A DNA stretch of 61,393 nt, the filler included. It is 6 parts of 6 records of this genome, joined end to end, with 100 filler letters (N's around TTAATTAATTAA, not from the genome) between each part and the next. Parts side by side here need not be neighbours in the genome. Positions count along the whole stretch, not along the records: positions 46,278 to 51,875 come from DRR723986_11895; positions 51,976 to 61,393 come from DRR723986_11944; 4 more parts are not named here. One strand, 5' to 3'. Numbering within the stretch: position 1 is the stretch's first letter; each line of letters opens with the position of its first letter. Made by a program: the position numbers and the translations under genes. Positions 49,109-59,099 of the stretch are shown here, one piece after another. Under the pieces are notes generated by a model that searched no databases, was not told where the DNA came from, and was given only the letters and a program-made list of their open reading frames with translations.

Positions 49109-49959
49109 ATTTGTTCGTCCTCTACCGTGTTGCGTAGAATGCCGATGCCGTTGACCTCAACCTCGACTACATCGCCGGGTTTCAGGTATTTCGGCGGATC
49201 AAACCGCGCACCCGCACCGGTCGGGGTACCCGTCACGATGATATCGCCGGGCTGCAACGTCATAAAGGTCGAGATATATTCGATCTCACGCCGGATCGGG
49301 AACATCATCCGGTTCAAGGTGTCATCCTGACGTACTTCACCATTCACCCGCGTCAAGATCCGCGCCTCGTCCAGCTGTGCCGCATCGGTGAAGGGCACCA
49401 ACCACGGGCCAATCGCGCCCGAGCTGTCCCAGTTCTTGCCCTGAGTTACGTTGAATTTAGCGTGTCGGACCCAATCACGAATGGTGCCTTCGTTACAAAG
49501 GGTCAGCGCCGCGATGTGGTCATAGGCATCATCTTGTGAAATTCGGCGTCCGCCCTTGCCGATCACAATGGCAACTTCGCCCTCATAATCCAGCGTGTGG
49601 TTTTCTGGTGGGCGGATCAGGGGCCGGTTGTGACCGGTGAAACCGCTGGCAAAGCGCGGAAACAACGACATGTATTTCGGCAGCTCACTGCCATCTTTGT
49701 ATTCGGCATTCCGATCAGGAAAGTTCACCCCAACACACAAGATGCGCCGCGCGTCCGGCATCACCATGTCATAGGTGAAATCTGTATGTGTGACGGGCTT
49801 TCCCTCGGCTGCCACGACCAGCTGGTTAAACCCGCCTGCGGCAATCGCCTGATACAGGGTCGCCCACTGTGGGAACTCAGAAGACAGAGCAATGGCGCCC
49901 GTATCCGTGATAGCGCCGTAAAACTGTGTTCCATTTGCTGTATAGGTTGCGATTTTCAT
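49105..49959 (-). CDS. Fumarylacetoacetate hydrolase family protein (HpaG/HpcE-like isomerase/decarboxylase)
   Basis: LDYEGEVAIVIGK, QGKNWD and LQPGDIIVTGTPTG. Confidence 0.9.
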   Translation of the reverse strand: MKIATYTANGTQFYGAITDTGAIALSSEFPQWATLYQAIAAGGFNQLVVAAEGKPVTHTDFTYDMVMPDARRILCVGVNFPDRNAEYKDGSELPKYMSLFPRFASGFTGHNRPLIRPPENHTLDYEGEVAIVIGKGGRRISQDDAYDHIAALTLCNEGTIRDWVRHAKFNVTQGKNWDSSGAIGPWLVPFTDAAQLDEARILTRVNGEVRQDDTLNRMMFPIRREIEYISTFMTLQPGDIIVTGTPTGAGARFDPPKYLKPGDVVEVEVNGIGILRNTVEDEQI

Positions 49960-49962
49960 AAT

Positions 49963-51435
49963 TCAGGCTCCTTCAGCAGGGGTGAGACCCCCCATGCACA
50001 GATATTTAAGTTCCAAGAAATCATCCAACCCGTGGGCCGATCCCTCGCGCCCCAAGCCTGAGGACTTAACCCCGCCAAACGGGGCTTCGGCTGTGGAAAT
50101 CAAACCGGTGTTGATCCCCACCATGCCATATTCCAACGCCTCAGACACCCGCCAGACACGGGCCAGATCACGGGAATAGAAATATGAGGCCAAGCCAAAC
50201 TCGGTATCATTGGCAGCTTTGACCACCTCGCTCTCGGTTTCGAACTTGAACAGCGGCGCGACGGGGCCGAATGTTTCTTCGGTCGCGACGGCCATATCTG
50301 CCGTGACGCCGGTCAGGATTGTGGGTTCAAAAAACGTGCCGCCCAGATCATGCGCCTTACCGCCCAATGTGACGGTGGCCCCTTTGGACATGGCGTCGCT
50401 GACATGTTCAGCCACCTTATCGACTGCGGCCTGATCAATCAAAGGACCAAAGACGATGCCCTGATCAAACCCGTTGCCGGTTGGCAGCTCGGCCACCTTG
50501 GCGCGCAGCTTTTCGGCAAAGGCATCATAGACACCGGCTTGCACGTAAATCCGGTTGGCGCAGACGCAGGTCTGACCATTGTTGCGAAACTTGGCAATCA
50601 CCGCGCCTTCAACGGCGGCATCTAGGTCGGCATCGTCAAACACGATGAACGGCGCGTTGCCGCCCAGCTCAAGACCCAGTTTCTTGATCGTCGGCGCGCA
50701 TTGCGCAAAGAGCATCGCACCCACTTCGGTCGATCCGGTGAATGTCAGCTTGCGCACGGTTTTGCTGCTGGTCATGACCCCGCCAATGGCGCTGGCTGAT
50801 CCGGTCACAACCGAAAACAACCCATCCGGAAGGCCCGCCCGTTCTGCCAGAACTGCCAGCGCAATGGCCGAGAACGGCGTTTGCGACGCAGGTTTCAAAA
50901 CCATCGCGCAGCCAGCCGCCAAAGCCGGGCCTGCCTTACGGGTGATCATCGCATTGGGAAAGTTCCATGGTGTAATCGCAGCGACAACCCCGATCGGCTG
51001 CTTCACGGTCAGGATGCGTTTGTCAGGTGCATGCCCGGGAGTGATGTCGCCATAGGCACGACGCGCTTCTTCTGCAAACCATTCAATGAACGACGCGCCA
51101 TAGGCAATTTCACCTTTGGCCTCGGCTAGGGGTTTGCCCTGCTCCGCCGTCAGGATCGCGCCCAAATCATCCTGATGTTCCATCATCAGCTCGTACCACC
51201 GACGCAGGATCTGGCTGCGCTCTTTGGCGGTGCGCGCGGCCCAGGCATGGCGCGCCGTTTCAGCCGCCTCGATCGCCTCGTTGGTTTCTTCGGCACCTAG
51301 GTTTGGCACGTAGCCAATCAACTCGCCCGTTGCCGGATTAGTCACTGCCAACCCGGTCTCCGTATCGGCATCGATCCAACGTGACCCAACGCGGGCGGCC
51401 TGTCGCAACAGGCCGCTGTCCTTCAATGCAATCAT
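49963..51435 (-). CDS. gabD: NADP-dependent succinate-semialdehyde dehydrogenase
   Basis: ITPWNFPNAMITRK, FTGSTEVG, LELGGNAPF, GQTCVCANR and EETFGP. Confidence 0.92.
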   Translation of the reverse strand: MIALKDSGLLRQAARVGSRWIDADTETGLAVTNPATGELIGYVPNLGAEETNEAIEAAETARHAWAARTAKERSQILRRWYELMMEHQDDLGAILTAEQGKPLAEAKGEIAYGASFIEWFAEEARRAYGDITPGHAPDKRILTVKQPIGVVAAITPWNFPNAMITRKAGPALAAGCAMVLKPASQTPFSAIALAVLAERAGLPDGLFSVVTGSASAIGGVMTSSKTVRKLTFTGSTEVGAMLFAQCAPTIKKLGLELGGNAPFIVFDDADLDAAVEGAVIAKFRNNGQTCVCANRIYVQAGVYDAFAEKLRAKVAELPTGNGFDQGIVFGPLIDQAAVDKVAEHVSDAMSKGATVTLGGKAHDLGGTFFEPTILTGVTADMAVATEETFGPVAPLFKFETESEVVKAANDTEFGLASYFYSRDLARVWRVSEALEYGMVGINTGLISTAEAPFGGVKSSGLGREGSAHGLDDFLELKYLCMGGLTPAEGA

Positions 51436-51448
51436 GTCAGCCTCCGGC

Positions 51449-51875
51449 TCACGGCGCGATGATCGGTGTGGCATTCAACGCAGGTTCTTTGACCTCTGCC
51501 CCGACAAATTCGGTGCCATGCTCAAACCAGCTGCGCGGTGCGGGCGCACCCCAAAGTGTCTGACGCTGCGGGTCCTTCAGATCCCATTTCAGCGGCTCGT
51601 GATCTGGATCAACGGTCTGATAGTCCGAGCTATAGATTTCGATCCGGTGCCCATCGGGGTCAAGGATATAGAGGAAGAACGCATTCGAAATCCCGTGCCG
51701 GCCGGGGCCACGTTCGATGTTTTCGACATAACCCGTAGTGGCCATCACATCGAGCAGGTCGATAATGTGCAGCGGATTGGCGACCCAGAACGCAAGGTGA
51801 TGCATCCGTGGACCTTTGCCATTGGTGAACGCCATATCATGCACGCCGCCCTTGCGGTGCATCCACGCCGCCCAA
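51449..51875 (-). CDS. hpaD: 3,4-dihydroxyphenylacetate (homoprotocatechuate) 2,3-dioxygenase, 3' part
   Basis: HRKGGVHD, GPRMHH, IERGPGRHGISNAFFLYILDPDGHRIEIY and DYQTVDPD. Confidence 0.92.
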
Positions 51876-51975
51876 NNNNNNNNNNNNNNNNNNNNNNNNN
51901 NNNNNNNNNNNNNNNNNNNTTAATTAATTAANNNNNNNNNNNNNNNNNNNNNNNNNNNNNNNNNNNNNNNNNNNN
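51876..51975. other. Artificial contig spacer
   Basis: N runs plus TTAATTAATTAA. Confidence 0.99.
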
Positions 51976-52268
51976 CGCGCCCAGCACCAGCGTCTTGAAC
52001 ATCACAACCGCATCCATCGGCTTGCGCCCCGCCCGCGATTTGCGCGCCGCCTCGGGCTTGCGCCAGACCCGCTCCAGCACCGGGCGAAACTCCTCCCAGG
52101 GGACGATGGCGTCGATCTCGACCAGCGGGTCGCGTTTGGCATCCAGGCTCACGTAGCGATCTGAAAGGTCGAAGAAACCCATCTGTGCCATCGTCACGCT
52201 CCAGCAGCCCTATGCCTGATGCGTCCTAACCCAAAGGCGCGAGAGGGACAATTTTTCGAGGTGCCCTC
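51976..52268 (-). mobile_element. IS5-family element: left end and 5' part of the transposase
   Basis: MAQMGFFDLSDRY...DPLVEIDAIVPWEEFRP...AGRKPMDAVVMFK; terminal IR GGGCACCTCGAAAAA on the minus strand. Confidence 0.88.
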
Positions 52269-52516
52269 TGGATTTGCACGGAACCTTTTTCCGCTGCCAC
52301 ATGTACTTGGAACGCATTATCTGCAAGACGGACAAGGGAGAAAATCAAAGCACAGACCATTCAGAACCGCCGCTTGATCCATCATCGCCAAGCAGAATAA
52401 CATCAACTTACAGAGCCGGAGCCCTCCAGACCAAAATCACGCCGCCTGTTCCAAATCATTCGACGACGGTAGAAAGCTCATCCGTCGCTTTCCTCACCTA
52501 AGCTAAAGGCAGTGAA

Positions 52517-54502
52517 TCAACGCTCTTGGCCCAAAGCATCGAAAGGCGGCTCTTCCATTCCACGCATCCACATCTCCGATTGGCAAAAGAACTGCAGAAC
52601 ATGGATGACTGAGCCCACCTTTCCAAGCGATGAAGTGTCGCTTGTGACAATTTTCTTCATTGCGGCCTCCGGAATATAGCGCGCAACCTCTGAACTCACT
52701 GGGCCCTCGCGAAGAAGGTACGCCGCAAGATCTGTAAGTTCAGCGATCCGCCGATTGGCAGGTCTCAAGTTAGCCTGCTTATGTTGGATACCGGTCGGAG
52801 AACTCAACCCGTCATCCCACAGAAAGTGTCGGAATTGAACTACGCTTGGCAACGGTGATGGGTCAGGTGGAATGCGCTCCTTGAAGAGATTTGGAGATCC
52901 CAAAGTCAAAGGTTGAGTGTTGAAGCGGTGTTTCTCTGCGTCAGACGAAAAGAGTGAAGGATGCCACTGCGCGTCGACGAGAGGAAGCGATGCAATTTCA
53001 TCGCCACCCAACTTGCGGATAAGATCAAGGTTAACGCGACCTAGACGACTTTCATTTGAGCCAATCTTAACTGCCGCCGCAGTTGTGTACGGGGTGTTTA
53101 GGACACCTGAATACTGCTCCCGAAAACTTCGCAAGAAAGCATCCATTCCGAAATGTGATCGGGCCTTGCCGCGCCGATAAAAGATCACTGGCATCTGATC
53201 AAAACTCAAGTCAGCCGCCCGAGCACATTCGATTTGCCCAGATACGGATTTCTTTGCCCAAGCGAGCATGGCAGATGTGAATCCAAAACTATCATTTATC
53301 AGACCGGTATGACCCAGGTAAGTGTTCACATACTCCGCCAATATCGACGTTTCGGTCCTTGATGATGGACCTCTCACAGAGAGCGCTTTGGCCGAACTTT
53401 CGCCTTCACTATCGGCGTTAAAGCTCATTTCAGGTTCACGCGAATTCTTAATTCGGAAACGACTTGTGTCCTGATTCTTTCCGCCAAGCTCTCCGAATGA
53501 GCCTGTAACGTGCACGAAATTCGGGCGATACAGATTGGCATGCGCAGCACCCTTGAACTCAGTTCCACCAGCAAGGTAGAGGTCAACTTTTGCTTTACTT
53601 AGTGGCGGCAGTATCGGCGCACTCTCTTTAGGCCATTGGCGAATACCCCACTTCTCTGCAACAAAATGAGCAAAGTTAGAATCAGGATGTCTTGGATGAT
53701 AATAGTTATGAAAGCGCCACTCTTTCTGTACACCACTTCCAATTATTGCAGAAAGCACAATACGGCTATCCATCCCGCCGGTTAGGTCGAATACTCGAAA
53801 AACATCAGATTCGATCTCTGTGAGCAAAGTGATTCTCTGTCGAATTACCCGTGCGGCCTCATCGATCAATTCATCATAAGTCGCTGATAGCAGACCCGGC
53901 CAGACAGGGTCGTTCCGCACCAAGCTTAATTTACCGTCACGAACTTCAGGACGCTCTTCTGGCAGTAGCAATTGTATTTCGCGGTAGAGGTTCCCTACAG
54001 TCTGACCACTAGAAAACACGAGATGGCTTAGCGCCGACTCCACGGTACGCGTCGCCTTGACACCTTGCGCTGAAAGCCAATCAGCCAGCATGTGAACATT
54101 GCTCGAGATGGCAAATTTCGAAGCGTGGCGGACAACGAAACATGGCGCAGAGTTAAGATCATCAAGTAGAAAGTCAGTATCCCCTGTACTCCGATTTCCA
54201 ATAATGCAAGTAAAGGTCCCTGAGGCAAGATGAGGATGCAGTTTGATGAGCTTGCAAGCCTGAATTGTTTCGAAATCACTGCGGAAAGAGAAATTGTTAA
54301 TCACAGAATTATTCACAAAAGCCGAACCGAAAAGCGCATAGGTATACGGTTCTTCTGAGGCCACTTGTCCGTTTGCAACCAAACCGTGCGGCCCTACTGC
54401 ATGGCTTATTGCGGCCATGCGGTAACTGATGCGGCGTGAATTGAAAATCTCAATCGCATGCGTCTTTGTCAGCGAACCAGACGAGTAATATAGGTACTCC
54501 AT
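52517..54502 (-). CDS. Divergent asparagine-synthetase-like (PP-loop ATP pyrophosphatase) protein; start placed at ATG 54502
   Basis: FDLTGGMDSRIVLSA PP-loop and HVTGSFGELG motif; AAGGAG upstream; the longer ORF-track N-terminus is IS DNA. Confidence 0.65.
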   Translation of the reverse strand: MEYLYYSSGSLTKTHAIEIFNSRRISYRMAAISHAVGPHGLVANGQVASEEPYTYALFGSAFVNNSVINNFSFRSDFETIQACKLIKLHPHLASGTFTCIIGNRSTGDTDFLLDDLNSAPCFVVRHASKFAISSNVHMLADWLSAQGVKATRTVESALSHLVFSSGQTVGNLYREIQLLLPEERPEVRDGKLSLVRNDPVWPGLLSATYDELIDEAARVIRQRITLLTEIESDVFRVFDLTGGMDSRIVLSAIIGSGVQKEWRFHNYYHPRHPDSNFAHFVAEKWGIRQWPKESAPILPPLSKAKVDLYLAGGTEFKGAAHANLYRPNFVHVTGSFGELGGKNQDTSRFRIKNSREPEMSFNADSEGESSAKALSVRGPSSRTETSILAEYVNTYLGHTGLINDSFGFTSAMLAWAKKSVSGQIECARAADLSFDQMPVIFYRRGKARSHFGMDAFLRSFREQYSGVLNTPYTTAAAVKIGSNESRLGRVNLDLIRKLGGDEIASLPLVDAQWHPSLFSSDAEKHRFNTQPLTLGSPNLFKERIPPDPSPLPSVVQFRHFLWDDGLSSPTGIQHKQANLRPANRRIAELTDLAAYLLREGPVSSEVARYIPEAAMKKIVTSDTSSLGKVGSVIHVLQFFCQSEMWMRGMEEPPFDALGQER

Positions 54503-54525
54503 TTCAATCCAATAGCTCCTTAATT

Positions 54526-54579
54526 TGTTGATTTGCACTGAGAAGTGACCCGGGTTTTTCATCGAGAATTGACCCACCT
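54526..54579. mobile_element. IS21-family terminal remnant
   Basis: TGTTGATTTGCACT-GAGAAGTGACCC...GAGAATTGACCC: TG end with internal direct repeats typical of IS21 ends. Confidence 0.7.
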
Positions 54580-54582
54580 TTG

Positions 54583-55754
54583 GGAAGGTCTGATCAACGG
54601 CTTCGGCTGCGCCGACATTGCCGCTTGAGCGCATTATGGGGCCAGACAGGCACCGTTTCCAGTGATTTTTGCGCTGTTTGAGCCGCCTGAGCGGCGTCGA
54701 TGCCGATTTCAGACAGACTCATCCTCATGCCAGCAGCCGTCATCGGACGAGGAACAGGTTGCTGAGCGCGAACAGGGTGAACAGATGCGCCCGGTTCTTT
54801 GCCAGCCCACGATACCGCGTTTTCATGTGACTGAACTGGCGCTTGATGACCCGGAAGGGATGTTCGACCTTCGCGCGCACCATGGCAATGATCCGGTTGA
54901 TCTTCTCGTTGATGGGGTCGAGCTTGCCGCCCTTGGGCGCCTTGCGCATCACACCCCAGACCTTGCCATCTTTGCTGAAGGCTGCCTCGCGTTCGGCGCT
55001 GATATAGCCCTTGTCGGCCCAAACCGATGTCTCCTCGCCATGCAGCAGTTCATCCCAGACCCGGCTGTCATGCACCTTTGCGGTCGTGGCCTCGAGGCTG
55101 TGGACGGTGCCGCTGTCCACATCGACACCAACATGGGCCTTCATGCCAAAATACCAGTCATTGCCCTTTTTTGTCGAAGACATCTCGGGGTCCCGCGCCC
55201 TGGCCTGGTTCTTGGTCGAAGACGGCGCATCGATAATCGTGGCATCCACAAGCGTACCAGAGCGCAGCGTGATCCCCTTGTCTGATAGATACGCGTTCAC
55301 CTCGGCGAAGATCGCCTCGGTCAGCCCGTGACGCTCCAGCAGATGCTGGAAGTTGAGGATTGTGGTCTCGTCGGGGATCCGGTCATCGCCCAGTTCGATC
55401 CCAGCGAAGCGGCGCATGGTGTCACTGTCATACAGCGTCTCTTCGGCCATCGGATCACTCAGGGCTTACCTGTTCTGCAGGAAGTAAATGCGCAGCATCG
55501 TCTCCAGCGGCATCGGAGGCCGCCCGCCCTTCGGCCCAACCTTCGGATAGCGCGGCTCGATCAGCGCTTGTAGCCGCCCCCAGGGAACCACCGCATTCAT
55601 TTCCGCCAGAAACTGCTCGCGCCGTGTGACCTTCTTCTTCATCGCGTCACAAAGTCCGGGATGGCGGGCTGTTTGGGCATGAGCACGGTCTCCTTCGGTC
55701 GATGCCCGCAGCCTACCACATCACACCGAAACCGGCAGGTTTTTCAGACTTTCC
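54583..55754 (-). mobile_element. IS5-family element, full length, with an inactivated transposase
   Basis: IRs GGAAAGTCTGAAAAA and GGAAGGTCTGATCAA; no obvious target-site duplication. Confidence 0.9.
54725..55680 (-). pseudogene. IS5 transposase pseudogene
   Basis: MPKQPA...TRREQFLAEMNAVVPW...LETMLRIYFLQNR*ALSDP with in-frame TAA at 55466-55468; DATII, GMKAH, ADKGY and RAKVEHPF motifs; a likely second premature TGA near the C-terminus. Confidence 0.88.
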
Positions 55755-55845
55755 CCCACTCAAGGCCGCCGAAGGAACATCGGTTTGACAAGGTTTAACA
55801 CTTTGATAGCCTTGTTGATGCGCAAAGCCGTTCATTGATAAGCCC

Positions 55846-57012
55846 TCAATCCACTCCGAACAAGTCGCGCGTCATTACCTTGTCGGCCACATCCGAAAGA
55901 TCCGCTGCGCGGCGGTTCGATATAATCAAATTCGCTTCAGCTTTGAATGCCGCAAGATCGCGAATTACGCGTGAATTGTAGAACTGGTCCTCTTCAATCG
56001 CGGGCTCATAGATGATCACCTCAATCCCTTTAGCCTTGATGCGTTTCATTATTCCCTGCACTGCGGACTGGCGAAAGTTGTCCGAACCTTGCTTCATAAC
56101 CAGCCGGTAAATTCCCACCACGCGCGGATGCGCGGCGACGATTTGCTCAGCGATGAAATCCTTGCGCGTACGGTTGGCCTCGACCACAGCTCCGATCAGG
56201 TTTTGCGGGACGGCTGCGTAATTCGCGAGAAGTTGCTTACTGTCTTTCGGTAGGCAATATCCGCCATAGCCGAATGATGGATTATTGTAGTGGCTGCCGA
56301 TACGCGGGTCCAGGCACACCCCATCAATGATCTGCCGCGAATCCAGATTATGGAACATTGCATAACTGTCTAACTCGTTGAAATATGCCACACGCAGAGC
56401 CAGGTAGGTATTGGCAAAGAGCTTGATAGCCTCTGCTTCTGTCGGGTCGGTGAACAGGACCGGACAGTCGCGGCTGATAGCCCCCTTACGCAACAGTTCG
56501 GCAAAAACCTGCGCCCTCGGGCTTCGCTCACCGACAACAATGCGCGACGGATGCAGATTGTCGTAAAGCGCGCGGCCCTCGCGAAGGAATTCGGGGCTAA
56601 AGATTACATTCTCAGTTAGTTTTTCAGCCCTTATTCGCGCTACATACCCCACAGGAATAGTAGATTTGATCACCATCAAGGCCTCTGGGGCGATGGCACG
56701 AACCTGATCGATCACGGACTCAACACTCGAGGTGTCAAAGGCATTGGTTTGTGGATCGTAATTTGTGGGCGTTGCGATGACGACGATATCGGCACCCTTG
56801 TAAGCCTGCTCAGGGTCAGTTGTGGCAATAAGGTCAAGCTTATGCTGCGCCAAATATTCAGAGCATTCGGCATCTTTGACCGGTGAGTTACCCGCACTGA
56901 CCATATCTACCCGCCACTGGACAACATCAAGAGCGACCACTCGATTATGCTGCGCCAGCAAGATAGCATTGGATAAGCCGACGTAACCCAAACCGGCAAC
57001 CGCGATCTTCAT
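55846..57012 (-). CDS. ugd: UDP-glucose 6-dehydrogenase
   Basis: [40 protein letters not shown] and TRDLFG. Confidence 0.96.
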   Translation of the reverse strand: MKIAVAGLGYVGLSNAILLAQHNRVVALDVVQWRVDMVSAGNSPVKDAECSEYLAQHKLDLIATTDPEQAYKGADIVVIATPTNYDPQTNAFDTSSVESVIDQVRAIAPEALMVIKSTIPVGYVARIRAEKLTENVIFSPEFLREGRALYDNLHPSRIVVGERSPRAQVFAELLRKGAISRDCPVLFTDPTEAEAIKLFANTYLALRVAYFNELDSYAMFHNLDSRQIIDGVCLDPRIGSHYNNPSFGYGGYCLPKDSKQLLANYAAVPQNLIGAVVEANRTRKDFIAEQIVAAHPRVVGIYRLVMKQGSDNFRQSAVQGIMKRIKAKGIEVIIYEPAIEEDQFYNSRVIRDLAAFKAEANLIISNRRAADLSDVADKVMTRDLFGVD

Positions 57013-57295
57013 ACTGAATTCTTCCTGTTTCGACAAACTTCTGCTGGAAGGTTATTTTCATTATTTTCCTAGTGATCTAGGATACATCGCCTACGTTACC
57101 TGGCGATGCTCTGAGATCAAGCGTTTTTCGCGCTGCGAGCCGCTTGCTCTTGCTCATACGCGTGGTTTGGGTCGCTGCAGCCGTTTGGCGAGGTGATCCT
57201 CGACTTCGTGATGAATTTTTCAGAAAAGCAGACAGCTCTATCATGCCACTTTCGTTCAGTTTTGCAGCGGCTTGCCGTCATTTTGCACAGTAGCG

Positions 57296-57890
57296 AGTGG
57301 GCCCTGAACTTCACGCTTCGAGCGGCCTGAGGCCGGTTTGAGGAGTGCTCTGGGACAGCGACAGGCGCGCCTCCTGCGCCAGCGTCACCAGGCGGCGGCG
57401 TGTCTTCTCATAATGCCGTGCGTCGGTCGGTTAGGCAATCGCCTTGTCCATCACCGTCGTGTCCATGACCACCGCCTCGCAGCCCGCTTCGATCGTCTTG
57501 GTCAGCAGCCATTCCACACCGTCCTCGCCAATCCGTTTACGCCACCGCAAGAGCGACAAGGGATCAAGCGGGAAACGGTGCTGGAAGAACGTCTCGTCGC
57601 AAAAGTGCTGGTAGCACGGGTTATCTAGCCGGCGCGCGACCACGGCCTCATCCGACAGCCGATAGCTGTGCTCCAGGTAGAGCAAGCCGCGGTGAGGTAG
57701 CCGGTCGTCCCGCATGCGACGGGGAGAACCCAGACCATTCCGTCTCGAAGAACTCCCAATCGCCCAGCTCAGTCAGCTTCACCAGTTCGTGGCGCATATC
57801 GATCATGTCGGCCAGGCTCGGGCGCAAGAGAGCGTCCTGGCGGGGCCGCAGGATTTTGGCTCGATCTCTCGATCCAAGATTGCAGGGTTC
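57296..57890 (-). pseudogene. Frameshifted, internally deleted IS5-family transposase remnant
   Basis: LLRPSLADMIDMRHELVKL...GRPATSPRL, then after a frameshift GLLYLEHSYRLSDEAVV...YQHFC...WRKRIGEDGVEWLL...DTTVMDKAIA*PTD. Confidence 0.8.
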
Positions 57891-58153
57891 TGGTGCAGCA
57901 AGCTGGCTGCGAAGCTCATCGAAACGGGCGCGGCAGGCGTCACGCTCGGTATTTGCGATCTCGAGTGCGACGGTGACCTCGAGCAGGCGCCGCCAATCGT
58001 CTTTCGCCTTTGCCATGCGCATCCCTGTCCGGTCTGGGCCCCAATCAGCATGGTGCCCGGAGCGACTAGTATTCAAAGCTGATCCGTGGACAGCAATCGC
58101 ACCAAAGTCTCAGCGCTTGCCCAAATGGGGGGCCGGCGCCGGACCATCAGACA

Positions 58154-58634
58154 TCATGAGCGGGCATAGACATCTTCGTAGCGGATGATGTCATCCTCGC
58201 CCAGATAGCTGCCCGTCTGCACCTCGATCAGAACCATGGGCAGTTTGCCGGGGTTTTCCAGACGATGGACAGACCCCAAAGGCACATAAACCGACTGGTT
58301 CTCGGTCAAGAGCACCACCTCGGAATCAATGGTCACGCGCGCGGTGCCTTCGACCACGATCCAATGTTCGGCACGATGGACATGGGATTGCAGCGACAGC
58401 GCGGCGCCAGGGTTCACGACGATGCGCTTGACCTGAAAGCGCGGGCCGATGGCGATGCTTTCATACCAGCCCCAAGGCCGAAAATCGCGGGCAAAGGCCG
58501 TGGCCTGTTTGGCACCCTTGGTTTTCAGCGCGGCAACGGCCTCCTTGACGCGCTGCGCATCTGCCTTGGGCGCGACAAGCACAGCGTCGGCCATCGCGAT
58601 GACGGCCATACCTTCGAGCCCGATGCCAACTGTC
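58154..58634 (-). pseudogene. manC: Mannose-1-phosphate guanylyltransferase/mannose-6-phosphate isomerase (ManC/XanB), C-terminal cupin fragment truncated by an IS
   Basis: RPWGWY, FQVKRIVVNPGAALSLQSHVHRAEHWIVVEG and EVQTGSYLGEDDIIRYED; 5' part replaced by IS DNA at 58635. Confidence 0.88.
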
Positions 58635-59079
58635 TGACGTCAGCGCCAATGGGACATTTTAGGTTTACTGCGGAACGGAGGGCTTCTGGCTCATCGTAGC
58701 CTTTATGGAGCGAAGATGAGCAAGCAACCCGTGATATCAAAAGCTGAGGCCGAGAAGGCCGTCAAAGGCATCCGGCGCGCAACGCGCAAGGTTCATAGCG
58801 CCGAAGAGAAGATCCGTATCGTGTTGGCCGGGCTTCGCGGCGAGGACAGCATTGCGGAGCTGTGTCGGCGTGAGGGTATCGCCCAGAGCCTGTATTACAG
58901 CTGGTCGAAGGAATTTCTCGAGGCGGGAAAAAAGCGCCTGGCAGGTGATACGGCTCGGCAGGCAACCAGCACGGAGGTCAAGGACCTGCGCGCCGAAGCG
59001 TTGGCCCTCAAGGAGGTGGTGGCCGACCTGACCCTCGAAAACCGCATCCTCAAAAAAAACACGATCGGGAATGGGCGAG
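58635..59079 (+). mobile_element. IS3-family left end and OrfA (from 58716), truncated; OrfB absent
   Basis: TG-start end TGACGTCAGCGCCAATGGGACA; SAEEKIRIVLAGLRGEDSIAELCRREGI...WSKEFLEAGK; A8 slippery run at 59052-59059. Confidence 0.85.
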
Positions 59080-59099
59080 GGGACTATTCTGAATTTTGA
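59080..59099 (+). mobile_element. 20-bp terminal remnant matching the IS256-type end at 61287
   Basis: GGGACTATTCTGAATTTTGA versus GGGACTATCCTGAATTTTGT. Confidence 0.7.

Noticed and set aside
54503..54634. N-terminal 44 aa of the 705-aa ORF
   Set aside because: Mostly translated IS21/IS5 terminal DNA that happens to stay in frame
57890..58076. ORF segment MRMAKAKDDWRRLLEV... fused to the IS5 remnant
   Set aside because: No recognisable family; probably a chance fusion or an unidentifiable fragment
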